The translations under genes and the position numbers were made by a program. From positions 248,001 to 312,000 of the forward strand of contig NW_025765237.1 of assembly GCF_003918875.1 (NCBI RefSeq): DNA of 64,000 nucleotides. The letters are read 5' to 3'. The notes beneath the pieces are model-generated. The model was not told where the DNA came from and ran no database searches. It saw nothing but the letters and a program-made list of their open reading frames with translations. Source of the DNA: Haliotis rubra. Taxonomy: Eukaryota. This document shows, piece by piece, positions 41,591 through 54,055 of this stretch (position 1 is the stretch's first letter; each line of letters opens with the position of its first letter).

Positions 41591-42823
41591 GGTCACATGC
41601 AACCAAAAATCAAACATAATTAAATCACAATTATCACTTATTCATGACATATAATATACATTGCTGATTATGAAAACATATAAACAAACTTATAAGCGTA
41701 CATTCGCAAATAAAAAGTGCAATATTTTGTACTTGGGTTTACTTCCCTCAAACGAAGCACCCGGGATACCGAACCCAGTCAGAGCGGGTGGGTGTGCACT
41801 CAAGTGTAACGAGGACTTTCATTGGCTGGTTCATTAGCCAATGCCCTCACAGCTCATTGTGTGTTTGTATATAGAGATGTTGGGTTTTGTAAATACATGT
41901 TCATTTTTTGTGTATAACATTTAGCAATCAACAGACATTATAACATGTCATGTGTACAAGTATCACACCTGCCTGTCTGTGTAATTACATAATGTGACAC
42001 AGACCGAACTCAATGCGTTTTGTTTATGGTGTATAGCCTGATAGGTGTTCAAAGTTCAAATTGCATGTGGTCAGTGATCGAAGTTGTGTGTTGAATATTG
42101 TCATTAGCAGACAGGCAGGCAGACACATAGGTGTCAATAAAACAGATACTGAGTTTTGTCTGTGACAACGACATATCTATATCACAGTTAGAAATTCTGT
42201 CAAAGCTAAATAATGACATTGCTTTTGAGTATCGAACTAAAAAAGAGACTAGGTAAGAAGAATGTGTGGTGAAATAGACAAATGAAATTAAATAAACAGT
42301 AAATCGGTTATCTACTGTCATAACATATAAAAAGCTTGTGCCTGTGAATTATCAACAAAACATTAGAAAAATAGCTCACATCAAAGCCTTCACCGAGTAT
42401 TCACCGCCAGCAAAGGTTTTCCGTCTTGAAAACGCCTCACTGGTTGACACATAGCTGAGTAGATCTATCAAGGTTCTTTTATGTAATGAGTAGATTATTT
42501 ACTATTTGTTTTGATTAGACTACTCATGCTCACGACCTTATATTAAATCCGGACATCCGCTTCCAAGCGAACCTATTTCACTGCGCATGAGCTATGAGCG
42601 CAGCCCAGCGCAGCACAGCTGTTGAAACCACTTTTCACCCCAAGCGCTTGGATGAATTTAATGAATTGTTTAAACTCCGATTTCGCAGGGGGCGTGGTGG
42701 TGGTTCATCGCGTTATATTTCAACTTTATAAGTTGAATTTGCATTTTTGACGATTTGTATCTGTAAGTCCATACCGATAGGTATCAGAATCTGCAAAGTT
42801 GTGTTTCACGTTGCATGTGACCT
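41591..42823. mobile_element. Kolobok-like non-autonomous DNA transposon (~1.23 kb)
   Basis: TIRs GGTCACATGCAAC / GTTGCATGTGACC(T), flanked by TTAA on both sides (41587-90, 42824-27). Confidence 0.8.
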
Positions 42824-43798
42824 TTAACATATATAAAATACATTCTGTTTTAACAGCCTCATCCAGAATCAAACTTAGTCTTTATAGACAGTTTCTAAAC
42901 AATAACATTTTGTGATAAATTTACAAAGTTACTCTGGTATTGTAAGTTCACTACAGTATGTACAGAGATCCGAATAAAAGACACTGAATCTACTGTTGGT
43001 AAATCAACCATGTGCTGAAAACTACTTTTACTTATTTGTCTATCTGAGCTTATGAATAATACTTTCAAGATATATATGTATATCAAACAACAGTTCTGTT
43101 TCTTAAAGCAGTTCCAGCATAAGTCGACCATAGGTTGCTGCCAATGTCACTTGACCATAGTCTCCAAACAACAGAATACTAAGCTTTATTTAGATCTTCA
43201 TAGCTTCCAAGTTGCTGCAGCAAATATGAATTCCTGTAGTCTTGTTTACCTGATTACCTGCACGGATGGAGAACAATCAGAATGGTGTTTGGACATCCAC
43301 AAACCACCCTAACACTCTAATGGCGACATTCATTGTGCCCAGATATAACTCAATATCTGTCAATACGCCAGCCTCTGGCTCTAAAGAACAACAGAGGCGG
43401 CAATCTGGAGACAAATCATTACAGATCAAGTTTGAACACTGCTTCTTTCATTTAACGGACAATTTAATGTATGGTCAATTTCCCTTCACTTCTCCTCTAT
43501 CCTTTAGTCATGCTGGATTGTCATATTGCAGCTAATTAAAGCTGTGTCTCACTGAAAAAACCTAATTAATTTATATCCCTGATCCTGTGATGGGGTCAGT
43601 GCTACTGGCTGGGCAAGGAATTACGGCTGTTAATCATCCGACCTCGTGCCTCCAGTATCAACAGTATTAACGGATTTAAGACAGATTACGTCCACAGGAC
43701 ATACTTGCTCTCATATCAATACATACGTACATATGTTACATACATACGTTACATACAGACATACCTACCTACCTACCTATGTACATACACATCCACAC

Positions 43799-44297
43799 AC
43801 ACCTCAGAAAGGAGGGATTGACTATGTTCATATGACAGTCAGGTTTATATACATTGTTAACACCTCAGAAAGGAGGGATTGACTATGTTCATATGGCAGT
43901 CAGGTTTATATACATTGTTAACACCTCAGAAAGGAGGGATTGACTATGTTCATATGGCAGTCAGGTTTATATACATTGTTAACACCTCAGAAAGGAGGGA
44001 TTGACTATGTTCATATGCAGTCAGGTTTATATACATTGTTAACACCTCAGAAAGGAGGGATTGAATGTTCATATGGCAGTCAGGTTTATATACATTGTTA
44101 ACACCTCAGAAAGGAGGGATTGACTATGTTCATATGGCAGTCAGGTTTATATACATTGTTAACACCTCAGAAAGGAGGGATTGACTATGTTCATATGGTA
44201 GTCAGGTGTATATACATTGTTAACACCTCAGAAAGGAGGGATTGACTATGTTCATATGACAGTCAGGTGTATATACATTGTTAACACCTCAGAAAGG
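43799..44297. repeat. 61-bp minisatellite (ACACCTCAGAAAGGAGGGATTGACTATGTTCATATGGCAGTCAGGTTTATATACATTGTTA), ~8 copies
   Basis: Seen directly. Confidence 0.95.
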
Positions 44298-44499
44298 TTT
44301 CGTTTTTGGTATGTTGTAAAAGACCGCACTCGGCAATATTCCAGCTATATGGCGGCGGTCTGTAAATAATCGAGTCTGAAACAGACAAACCAGTGATCAA
44401 CAGCATTGGGCATTGATCCATGAAACTGAGATACGACTAGTCACCTTTTACGACAAGCATGGGTTGCTGAAGACCAATTCTAACCTGGATCTTCACAGG
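44298..44499 (-). mobile_element. SINE-B with internal deletion, at the edge of the 61-bp array
   Basis: Head (reverse complement CCTGTGAAGATCCAGGTTAGAATTGGTCTTCAGCAACCCATGCTTGTCG) and tail both match the family. Confidence 0.8.
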
Positions 44500-45744
44500 A
44501 GGGATCATACATATTTACATGGAACAAAGGCTTAATTGTCTTGTAACAACCCAGAAAGAAGGGATCACAGATACTGTCATGGCAGACTGGTTTATATGCC
44601 TCGTAACGCCTCATAAAAGAGGGATCACACACAGGATCATCAAAGTACTATTCGGCAAGTACTGGCCTGTTTCAACTCATCCAAGTACTGGTCTGATCGA
44701 CTCATCCAAGTAGGGATATATTTTCATGTACATGAATACTGGTTTGTAATGGGAGCATATTTCAGGATTTTACCACACATCAAAAATCAAACTGGAATTA
44801 AAATTAATCTGACATTTTAAATTTGTATCCATTATTTAACAAAGAAATACCTGCGGACAAGCTCACATACTGGGAAGCTGTGGAAACCAAGATGCAAAAC
44901 TAAGTCATGTTAAAGCATGTTATCGTCAATCGTACCTCTGACTTAAACTGGAAAATAATCAATCATGCTTTTCAGGATTTATTCCATGCTTGGCAACTGA
45001 AATCAATCAATAATTGGGGAAATCAATGATTTGGAACAACACTATCTGTATCAGTTTTTCCGTTCTCCACATTCCGATACACACCAGCTTATCACGACGC
45101 AACAAAAACAATAGGTGTGTTTCAAACTTTCTCTCCTCATTTTCCAATTGCACCATAGTTTTCAACCCCATTCTGGTACTATCCATATTATATTTACTAT
45201 CAATTTGTCACACTTCACTAAAGAGAAACCAGTCTTTATTTTCAGATCGATTTTGAAAGATCGTACTCATTGCAAATTACATTTTTTCAAAGAAAGGAGT
45301 AAAAACCAGACGTCTGACGACCCTATTCTTAGATCGGCTGAAATCACCAAAACACTTATCTATGATTTTTGTTTAACTTCATGACCACTAAGTGACTTTC
45401 TGAAACTAATATCTAAAAAAACATTTGATATGAAACATTTCTACCGTGGTAAGATGAGAATACCACCATGTACAACTGTCTAGATTTAGACCTGACTTTC
45501 AACAGACAGTGGAGATACTGCCTATCTTCTTGCAGATCATCACGAACAACATATAATGAGATGCTGCTTTGGTCCAAAACATCTCACAAAACATGATACC
45601 AGCGGCATCACAACTAATTACATACTGTATTTCACATCACAGCCAACAGAAGGCAATTACTTCTTTCATTCAAGAACACTTCATAAGTAGCTCAAGAGAA
45701 GCAATGGATGAGTTTGTATCATTGTTTTTGTTGTGCTATTACAG

Positions 45745-46110
45745 GGGTTTTACTGGTGGTGTTCGAGAGGTTTTACTGAGGTTTTACTGGTGGTGTTCAA
45801 GAGGTTTTACTAGTGGTGTTCGAGAGGTTTTACTGGTGGTGTTCGAGAGGTTTTTCCAGGTGGTTTTCGAGAGGTTTTTCCAGGTGGTGTTCTAGAGGTT
45901 TTACTGGTGAGGTTTTACTGGTGGTGTTCAGGAGGTTTTACTAGTGGTGTTCGAGAGGTTTTAATGGTGGTGTTCGAGGTTTTACTGGTGGTGTTCGAGA
46001 GGTTTTTCCAGGTGGTGTTCGAGAGGTTTTACTGGAGGTGTACAAGAGGTTTTACTGGTGGTGTTCAGGGGTTTTACTGGTGGTGTTCAAGAGGTTTACT
46101 GGTGGCATTA
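45745..46110. repeat. ~23-bp minisatellite (GAGGTTTTACTGGTGGTGTTCGA)
   Basis: About 15 variable copies, decaying rightwards. Confidence 0.9.
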
Positions 46111-46304
46111 GAGTGGTTTTACATGTGTTGTGAGCTTTTACTTGTGGTATATGAGAAATTTCATTTGGGATGTTGGAGGTGTTTGAGGGGTTAGTGAGGT
46201 TTTGCTTTGGGTGTTTGAGGTTCTACATTAGTGTTTGACTGGTTACTATGAAGTGTTTGAGCTGTTTTATTAAAAAGTTGAAGAAGTTTTTGTTTCAATG
46301 TCGG

Positions 46305-47425
46305 AAAGTTTTTACCTGGAGTGTAATAGAGTTTTAATAGTAACCCTGGAGAGTTTTACTGTAGTGTAGGAGAGTTTTAATAGTAACCCTGGAGAGTTTT
46401 TACCTGTAGTGTAGGAGGGTTTTAATAGTAACCCTGGAGAGTTTTTACCTGTAATGCGAGAGTCTTAATAGTAACCCTGGAGAGTTTTTAGTACCTGTAC
46501 CTGTAGGAGAGTTTTAATAGCAACCCTGGAGAGTTTTTTAATACCTGTAGTGTAGGAGAGTTTTAATAGCAACCCTGGAGAGTTTTTACCTGTAGTGTAG
46601 GAGAGTTTTAATAGCAACCCTGGAGAGTTTTTACCTGTAGTGTAGGAGAGTTTTAATAGTAACCCTGGAGAGCTTTTACCTGTAGTGTAGGAGAGTTTTA
46701 ATAGTAACCCTGGAGAGTTTTTACCTGTAGTGTAGGAGAGTTTTAATAGCAACCCTGGAGAGTTTTTACCTGTAGTGTAGGAGAGTTTTAATAGTAACCC
46801 TGGAGAGTTTTTACCTGTAGTGTAGGAGAGTTTTAATAGTAACCCTGGAGAGTTTTTACCTGTAGTGTAGGAGAGTTTTAATAGTAACCCTGGAGAGTTT
46901 TTACCTGTAGTGTAGGAGAGTTTTAATAGTAACCCTGGAGAGTTTTAATACCTGTAGTGTGTAGGAGAGTTTTAATAGCAACCCTGAGAGTTTTTACCTG
47001 TAGTGTAGGAGAGTTTTAATAGCAACCCTGAGAGTTTTACCTGTAGTGTAGGAGAGTTTTAATAGCAACCCTGGAGAGTTTTTACCTGTAGTGTAGGAGA
47101 GTTTTAATAGTAACCCTGGAGAGTTTTTACCTGTAGTGTAGGAGAGTTTTAATAGTAACCCTGGAGAGTTTTACCTGTAGTGTAGGAGGGTTAATAGGAG
47201 AGTTTTACCTGCAGTGTAGTTTTAATAGTAACCCTGGAGAGTTTTTACCTGTAGTGTAGGAGAGTTTTAATAGTAACCCTGGAGAGTTTTTACCTGTAGA
47301 GTAGGAGAGTTTTAATAGTAACCCTGGAGAGTTTTCACCTGTAGTGTAGGAGAGTTTTAATAGTAACCCTGGAGAGTTGTTACCTGTAGTGTAGGAGAGT
47401 TTTAATAGTATCCCTGGAGAGTTTT
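46305..47425. repeat. 45-bp minisatellite (GGAGAGTTTTTACCTGTAGTGTAGGAGAGTTTTAATAGTAACCCT), ~25 copies
   Basis: The unit is a dimer of two GGAGAGTTTT-led halves. Confidence 0.95.
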
Positions 47426-48039
47426 GAGACGGGTGTTAGAGAACTTTCACTGATAAAGTTAAAGAGTTTTCTATTGTGGCGCTGGAGAGTATTCAGGGAC
47501 ACTGTCAGAAAGATTTCACTACTCTAGGTAATGAATTTTTCCATGTGGCATGTAGGTTTATACTTTATAGTCACTGAACTCCCTGACATGATATGGCATG
47601 TTTTATAGTACACATGTACCAAGCCATATCTGCCATAACTTGTAGAATCTACTACACACACAACATGCACTCACATATATACTGAGGGAAACAAATAAGG
47701 GAACAACACTTCATGGCAGTGCTCCTTTATTTATTCTCAGATTTCCCCCCACAGTGCCATTCAAAGCTGGTGATGAAAACTGGAAAATATTAAAGGAACG
47801 CTTGAATTTTCCTGTGTTCCTATATTTGTTTCTCTCAGTATATATAGACAGACAGACAACAGACACTAATGACGAGACAAACATGTTGCTAATATAGATA
47901 CACAATCCTCGGTCATGTGCAATCCACAAATATGTGCATAGACAGGCTTCCTACGGCTGGGGTGTCTCCTGACATCATACGGCTGCTTACAGCTCCCCAG
48001 CACATACACAGCACATACCACATTCTTCACCAGATTCTT

Positions 48040-48412
48040 CACCTGTATAGTGGATACCTTGCACCTGTGCATAGTGGACACCTTGCACCTGTGCATAGTG
48101 GACACCTTGCACCTGTGCATAGTGGACACCTTGCACCTGTGCATAGTGGACACCTTGCACCTGTACATAGTGGACACCTCGCACCTGTACATAGTGGACA
48201 CATTGCACCTGTACATAGTGGACACCTCGCACCTGTACATAGTGGACACCCTGTAGCTGTGCATAGTGGACACATTGCACATGTACATAGTGGACACCTT
48301 GCACCTGTACATAGTGGACACCTTGCACCTGTGCATAGTGGATACCTTGCACCTGTACATAGTGGACACCTTGTAGCTGTGCATAATGGACACCTGCATT
48401 GTACATAATGGA
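48040..48412. repeat. 24-bp minisatellite (GCACCTGTGCATAGTGGACACCTT)
   Basis: About 15 copies. Confidence 0.95.
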
Positions 48413-48623
48413 TAAAAGATCTGGGTTAGAACTGATCTTCAGCAACCCATGCTTGTCGTAATAGGCAACTAACGGGACCGGGTGGCCAGGCTCGCTGATT
48501 TGGTAGAACTTGCGTAGAACAATGCTCACGGTATTGATCACTGGATTGTCTGGTCCAGCCTCAATTATTTACAGACCGCCGCCATATAGCTGGAATATTG
48601 CTGAGTGCAGCGTTACACAATAA
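48413..48623 (+). mobile_element. SINE-B variant, followed by a 110-bp segment shared with the 61.7-kb copy
   Basis: Family head and tail present; diagnostic GGGACCGGGTGGCCAGG...GGTAGAACTTGCGT. Confidence 0.85.
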
Positions 48624-48746
48624 AACCGAGCAACCGTGTTGTCAGGGTTGCGGGTCACCTAAGGCAGTTGTGGGGTGGCTTCAACGCTTCTTTCACCTGG
48701 GCTCATGGTGTCCACCATTATGGAAAAATAACTATGCATGATCCCT

Positions 48747-48985
48747 CCTGTGAAGATCCGGATTAGAACTGGTCTTCAGCAACCCATGCTTGTCGTAAGA
48801 GGCGACTAATGGGATCGGTTGGTCAGGCTCGCTGACTTGGTTGACACATATGTCACCGTATCCCAGTTGCATAGATCGATGCTCATGCTGTTGATCACTG
48901 GATTGTCTGGTCTCAATTATTTACAAACCACCGCTACAGCTGGAATATTGCAGAGTGTGACGTAAAACTAAACTCACTCACTCAC
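48747..48985 (+). mobile_element. SINE-B, full length
   Basis: CCTGTGAAGATCC head through to the GTAAAACTAA(ACTC)n tail. Confidence 0.85.
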
Positions 48986-48999
48986 ACAATAGATAGCCT

Positions 49000-50570
49000 G
49001 CACCTGTACCCATGGACACCTGGCCATACTGTACACAGTGGACACCTGGCCATGCTGTACACAGTGGACACCTGGCCATGCTGTACACAGTGGACACCTG
49101 GCCATGCTGTACACAGTGGACACCTGGCCATGCTGTACACAGTGGACACCTGGCCATGCTGTACACAGTGGACACCTGGCCATGCTGTACACAGTGGACA
49201 CCTGGCCATGCTGTACCCAGTGGACACCTGGCCATACTGTACCCAGTGGACACCTGGTCATACTGTACACAGTGGACACCTGGTCATACTGTACCCATGG
49301 ACACCTGGTCATACTGTACACAGTGGACACCTGGTCATACTGTACACAGTGGACACCTGGTCATACTGTACACGGTGGACACCTGGCCATACTGTACACG
49401 GTGGACACCTGGCCATACTGTACACAGTCGACACCTGGCCATACTGTACAGTCGACACCTGGCCATACTGTACACAGTCGACACCTGGCCATGCTGTACC
49501 CAGTGGACACCTGGCCATACTGTACACAGTGGACACCTGGTCATACTGTACACGGTGGACACCTGGCCATGCTGTACACGGTGGACACCTGGCCATACTG
49601 TACACAGTGGACACCTGGTCATACTGTACACGGTGGACACCTGGCCATGCTGTACATGGTGGACACCTGGCCATGCTGTACACAGTGGACACCTGGCCAT
49701 ACTGTACACAGTGGACACCTGGTCATACTGTACACGGTAGACACCTGGCCATACTGTACACGGTAGACACCTGGCCATGCTGTACACGGTGGACACCTGG
49801 CCATACTGTACACAGTGGACACCTGGCCATACTGTACACGGTAGACACCTGGCCATACTGTACACGGTGGACACCTGGCCATGCTGTACACAGTCGACAC
49901 CTGGCCATGCTGTACCCAGTGGACACCTGGTCATGCTGTACACAGTGGACACCTGGCCATACTGTACACAGTGGACACCTGGCCATACTGTACCCATGGA
50001 CACCTGGCCATGCTGTACACAGTGGACACCTGGCCATACTGTACAGAGTGGACACCCGGCCATACTGTACACAGCGGACACCCGGCCATACTGTACCCAG
50101 GGGACACCCGGCCATACTGTACACAGTGGACACCTGGCCATGCTGTACCCAATGGACACCTGGCCATGCTGTACACAGTGGACACCTGACCATACTGTAC
50201 ACAGCAGACACCTGGCCATACTGTACACAGAGGACACCTGGCCATACTGTACAGAGGACACCTGGCTTTACTGTACAGTGGACACCTGGCCATACTGTAC
50301 ACAGTGGACACCTGGTCATACTGTACCCAGTGGACACCTGACCATACTGTACACAGTGGACACCTGGCCATACTGTACACAGTGGACACCTGGCCATACT
50401 GTACACAGTGGACACCTGGCCATACTGTACACAGTGGACACCTGGCCATACTGTACACAGTGGACACCTGGCCATGCTGTACACAGTGGACACCTGGCCA
50501 TGCTGTACCCAGTGGACACCTGACCATACTGTACACAGTGGACACCTGGCCATACTGTACACAGTGGACA
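49000..50570. repeat. 26-bp minisatellite (GTGGACACCTGGCCATACTGTACACA), ~60 copies
   Basis: Seen directly. Confidence 0.97.
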
Positions 50571-51194
50571 TACCGCTAGTAGAGACCAGGTCCACAGACA
50601 GATGCATGATAGGATTGAAGCCATATTTAGAAAGTAATGGCAAAAAGTCAACAGGCGAAATTTGATCGTCATCTGATCGTCTTCTCTGGGCAGACCAGAT
50701 ATTGGTCCGGCGTATACAGAAGCTGAGATACCTCCATCAGCAGGATTCAGCACCAACAGCCATTAACTGTTATCTGCCAACCTCAGCAACAGCGATAACA
50801 ACAGCATCCATGCAGCAGCTACAACAGCTCCCTGAACACAACATCCGCTACTCAAGGAGCAAAGAACTATGACACATTCTGTTTTCTTGTGGTTTAACAT
50901 TTGTCCACATTTCTCAAGCAATAATGTTGGCAGCAGGACACGGCAGGTAGCCTGTACGTCAGGATAACGGGAGCAGCCTGCTTTCATCTCCTCCATTACA
51001 CCATGGTTGATATCTCCAACAGATCTAGTATACTCCATGGCTTGGGAGGGCTGGGGGGAACCTGACACTCCCCCATGTGCAGCCTCTCCCTCCCCTTCCT
51101 TTAATCTTCAGGGTAACAATGATATACCACACCTTCCCTGCCCGCTGACCTTTAACATTGGGTTACAACAATATAATGCCATCTCTGTATCCTT

Positions 51195-51672
51195 TAGTGT
51201 TGGGAATTGGTTGAAATCTCACAACTGATGATAGGTTCATTACCAACAAGCAATCATCGAAAAAACTTGGTTAGCGTCATTTTGCAGATTTTCCTGTTCA
51301 GGTTGTTAATGCAGATAGGTATAAAGAAAAAAACATGTGGCTATCTGTTGTTTTTTGTTTCATTTCGAAACTGCCAATGTAAAATGATACAACTTGCTCT
51401 TTTAAAGTCATGACTAATATATGATGGATAAAAACTTCCCAGAGTCTTCACAAAATATTCAGTCATGACTTTTCAGTAGGTGAAGTGAGCTTTCTAAGAA
51501 TACAACACGTTTTCAGGCCCTGACAACTTCTATGATATGTCATGCGTTTCAAAGACTAAAAGAGTAGTTCCAAAATCGTTTGTGTTCAATTATGAGGATA
51601 TGTGATCAAGTGCTTGGTGATTTTGTCACCGCGACCAAACTTCAATTATTTCAATTAAATCGAACACCACTA
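51195..51672. mobile_element. Second, uninterrupted copy of the same hAT-like family
   Basis: TAGTGTTGGGAATTGGTTGAAA... and ...TTATTTCAATTAAATCGAACACCACTA match both ends of the 19101 element; degenerate TSD GTATCCTT / GTATAACCTT. Confidence 0.75.
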
Positions 51673-51751
51673 GTATAACCTTGGGATTATAAAAAAAAGA
51701 TTCTCTAGTTTTTCAGCGTCCAAGTCAAAGAAGCTATATGATAACCTTTAT

Positions 51752-51930
51752 CAGAGGTACAGATAAGCTGCGTATCTGCGTAAATTACGCAAACATTTAT
51801 GTGAAAACCCAATTCCTATTAAGTCTATTGCGTACAAGTACGCTTGAAGTTTTGTAAATACTCAATAAATGTGATCTTACATGCGTACACACAAAAATGT
51901 CCAATCGTAGCTTGCGTACCGGTGGATAGA
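51752..51930. mobile_element. Terminal fragment of the same CAGAGG...GATAAGCTGCGTA DNA transposon family (right boundary uncertain)
   Basis: Terminus matches 12113-12137 in inverted orientation; subterminal GCGTA/TACGC motifs recur. Confidence 0.5.
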
Positions 51931-53304
51931 TAAAATAACTGAGGTATACTGAGAGGTTCTATTTTAGGACATGAACTTGACAACCTGCAGTCTTTCTTAT
52001 CGTTTCTCATATTACAGATCAAAGGTAAATCACAAACACTAACATTTAAACTATATTATATTTTTAAAATAAATGGAAATTGGCACAATACCCAAATGAG
52101 TTTGACTGAAGTGAGTACAATTTATTTCGTTACTGAAAGGAAAGTTAGGATACCCAATTGAGATGAACACAAGGGAGTACATAACTCAATGACCCAAAAC
52201 ATTATCTGTAGCTCTGCTTTATGTCGAATGTAAAGGATTGATGTAACACAAAAAGCCCCATTTTCAATTAAATGAAAAAAACATTTGACATTTCTACATC
52301 TTAAATCAAAACCCAAAAATCATTAAGATCGTGAAAATTCAATTTTACCAAATATTTTTACTGCATAATTTATTGACTAACAATGCCAAGAAACAAAGTT
52401 TGTTTTGGAGACCAGTGTACTGTTAAGAAACCGGTTCCATGCATGCAGGTCGATGTTTGTATCAGTCGTGGCTATGGTGACACATAATGCTGTGTTTCCG
52501 TATATGACTCTGTCATGAAGAGGGAACAACTAAACTGAAGAAAATATCAACTCTTCATAGTGATTCCCTTGCCCCAAGACTCATTAGCTTAACACAAGTT
52601 GCATGAGGCAACACTGTCTCTAAATCAAACATCTTTCTTATCTTTTCTGACTTATCTCGTTTGACAAGTGTACCGAATTATCTGGAAAAATCATTTTTTG
52701 GGCTTACAAAAAACATTGTGATCTTCTGCATCATCATCGAAGTTGGTCCAAGTGGATGAAGATTTCAAAAAGCTTGTGACTGTTTCATGTATTTTCTATG
52801 GAGCCTCTATGAGAACAGCCAGACAGCAGAGTAGTATTTGCTGGACTGGACTTGCTGCGAGCCTGGGCGCAATATGGCGGAATGCTCAATACTTGATAAC
52901 CTGTATACATGTTAACTAGCTGATGTAACAGGAGAACTTTATCTCACCAACACACTCATCAAGTCAGTCTGTCCAGGTGTCAAGTAGACTGTACCCCAGG
53001 GAGTCAAGATGACCACGCCCACAGGGAACACACAGGCACTAAACCACCAGGGTGGACTCACATATATTTGTAGGTCGAAAACTTCATTTCACGTCAGATA
53101 TGTGATAATTTTTATTGATCTGCATTCAAACTTGAAACAGTACTATTTTTCTATAGTGCTGTTTCCATTATTTCTTGTCATATACCAGTTTTACACATGC
53201 TGGGGAACTACAGAAATAATCCTATAGAATTAATGTTTTAGAAATAATTAATCATGATTGTTACTACAAAATGATACTGCTGCATTATACCAGTTATTGG
53301 ACAT

Positions 53305-53531
53305 TGGTAATATCATCATATTGTACAGCTCATGGGGTACTGGTAATATCATCATATTGTACAGCTCATAGGGTACTGGTAATATCATCATATAGTACAG
53401 CTCATAGGGTACTGGTAATATCATCATATTGTACAGCTCATAGGGTACTGGTAATATCATCATATTGTACAGCTCATGGGGTACCGGTAATATCATCATA
53501 TTGTACAGCTCATGGGGTACCGGTAATATCA
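53305..53531. repeat. 36-bp minisatellite (GGTAATATCATCATATTGTACAGCTCATGGGGTACT), ~6 copies
   Basis: Seen directly. Confidence 0.95.
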
Positions 53532-54055
53532 CAGGTAGGTCATACCATTCACTGGATACCAGATAATATTGAATCATGTTTATCACTGGGGAGTTAACAG
53601 TGTTGTTCAACCCAGTCTTCGGGTAGTATCATTGTTATTAAATATGACCATTGTATGAAAAGCCATAGACGTCTTTTAAACAATGAAATCTTCATTCATA
53701 CTCAGCAAAGCATTTGTTTCTACAAAATATACGGGTAAATCTACATGTTTCCTGATAAAAAGCGCTTCACAGTGTTGTCGGGACGGACGTTTCCATTTCT
53801 TGACAAACAAGATTTGGCCATAGGTTCTACGTGAGTACACAATACATGCACAAAATCCCACAGAATCCGATGTAAGCCCGCTTCGGCTGACAAACGTCAA
53901 ACATAACACAGCGTTTTAATCATCCAGCCAGCTGTCGACAATAAACAGCGAGCGAGTTTTGAGATGATCCCCAGGCAGTCTGGAATTCCCGTTCGGGATT
54001 CGCAATAAACATGGTGTTCTCTGCCAAACATGTAATACAATACAATACAACTCAC

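Larger units (their letters stand above)
1..54055 (-). other. Probable large first intron of the NOS1AP-like gene (3' end not located)
   Basis: Starts at the GT donor at 54055. The expected next peptide (Y[IV]G.LDVPRP.SRVEIVAAMRRIR) was not found by eye. The region is repeat-dense and CpG-poor. A short exon could have been missed. Confidence 0.6.

Noticed and set aside
48974-50756. Long ORFs (up to 429 aa) on both strands
   Set aside because: They result from a stop-poor 26-bp tandem repeat that is open in many frames; there is no coding signal.
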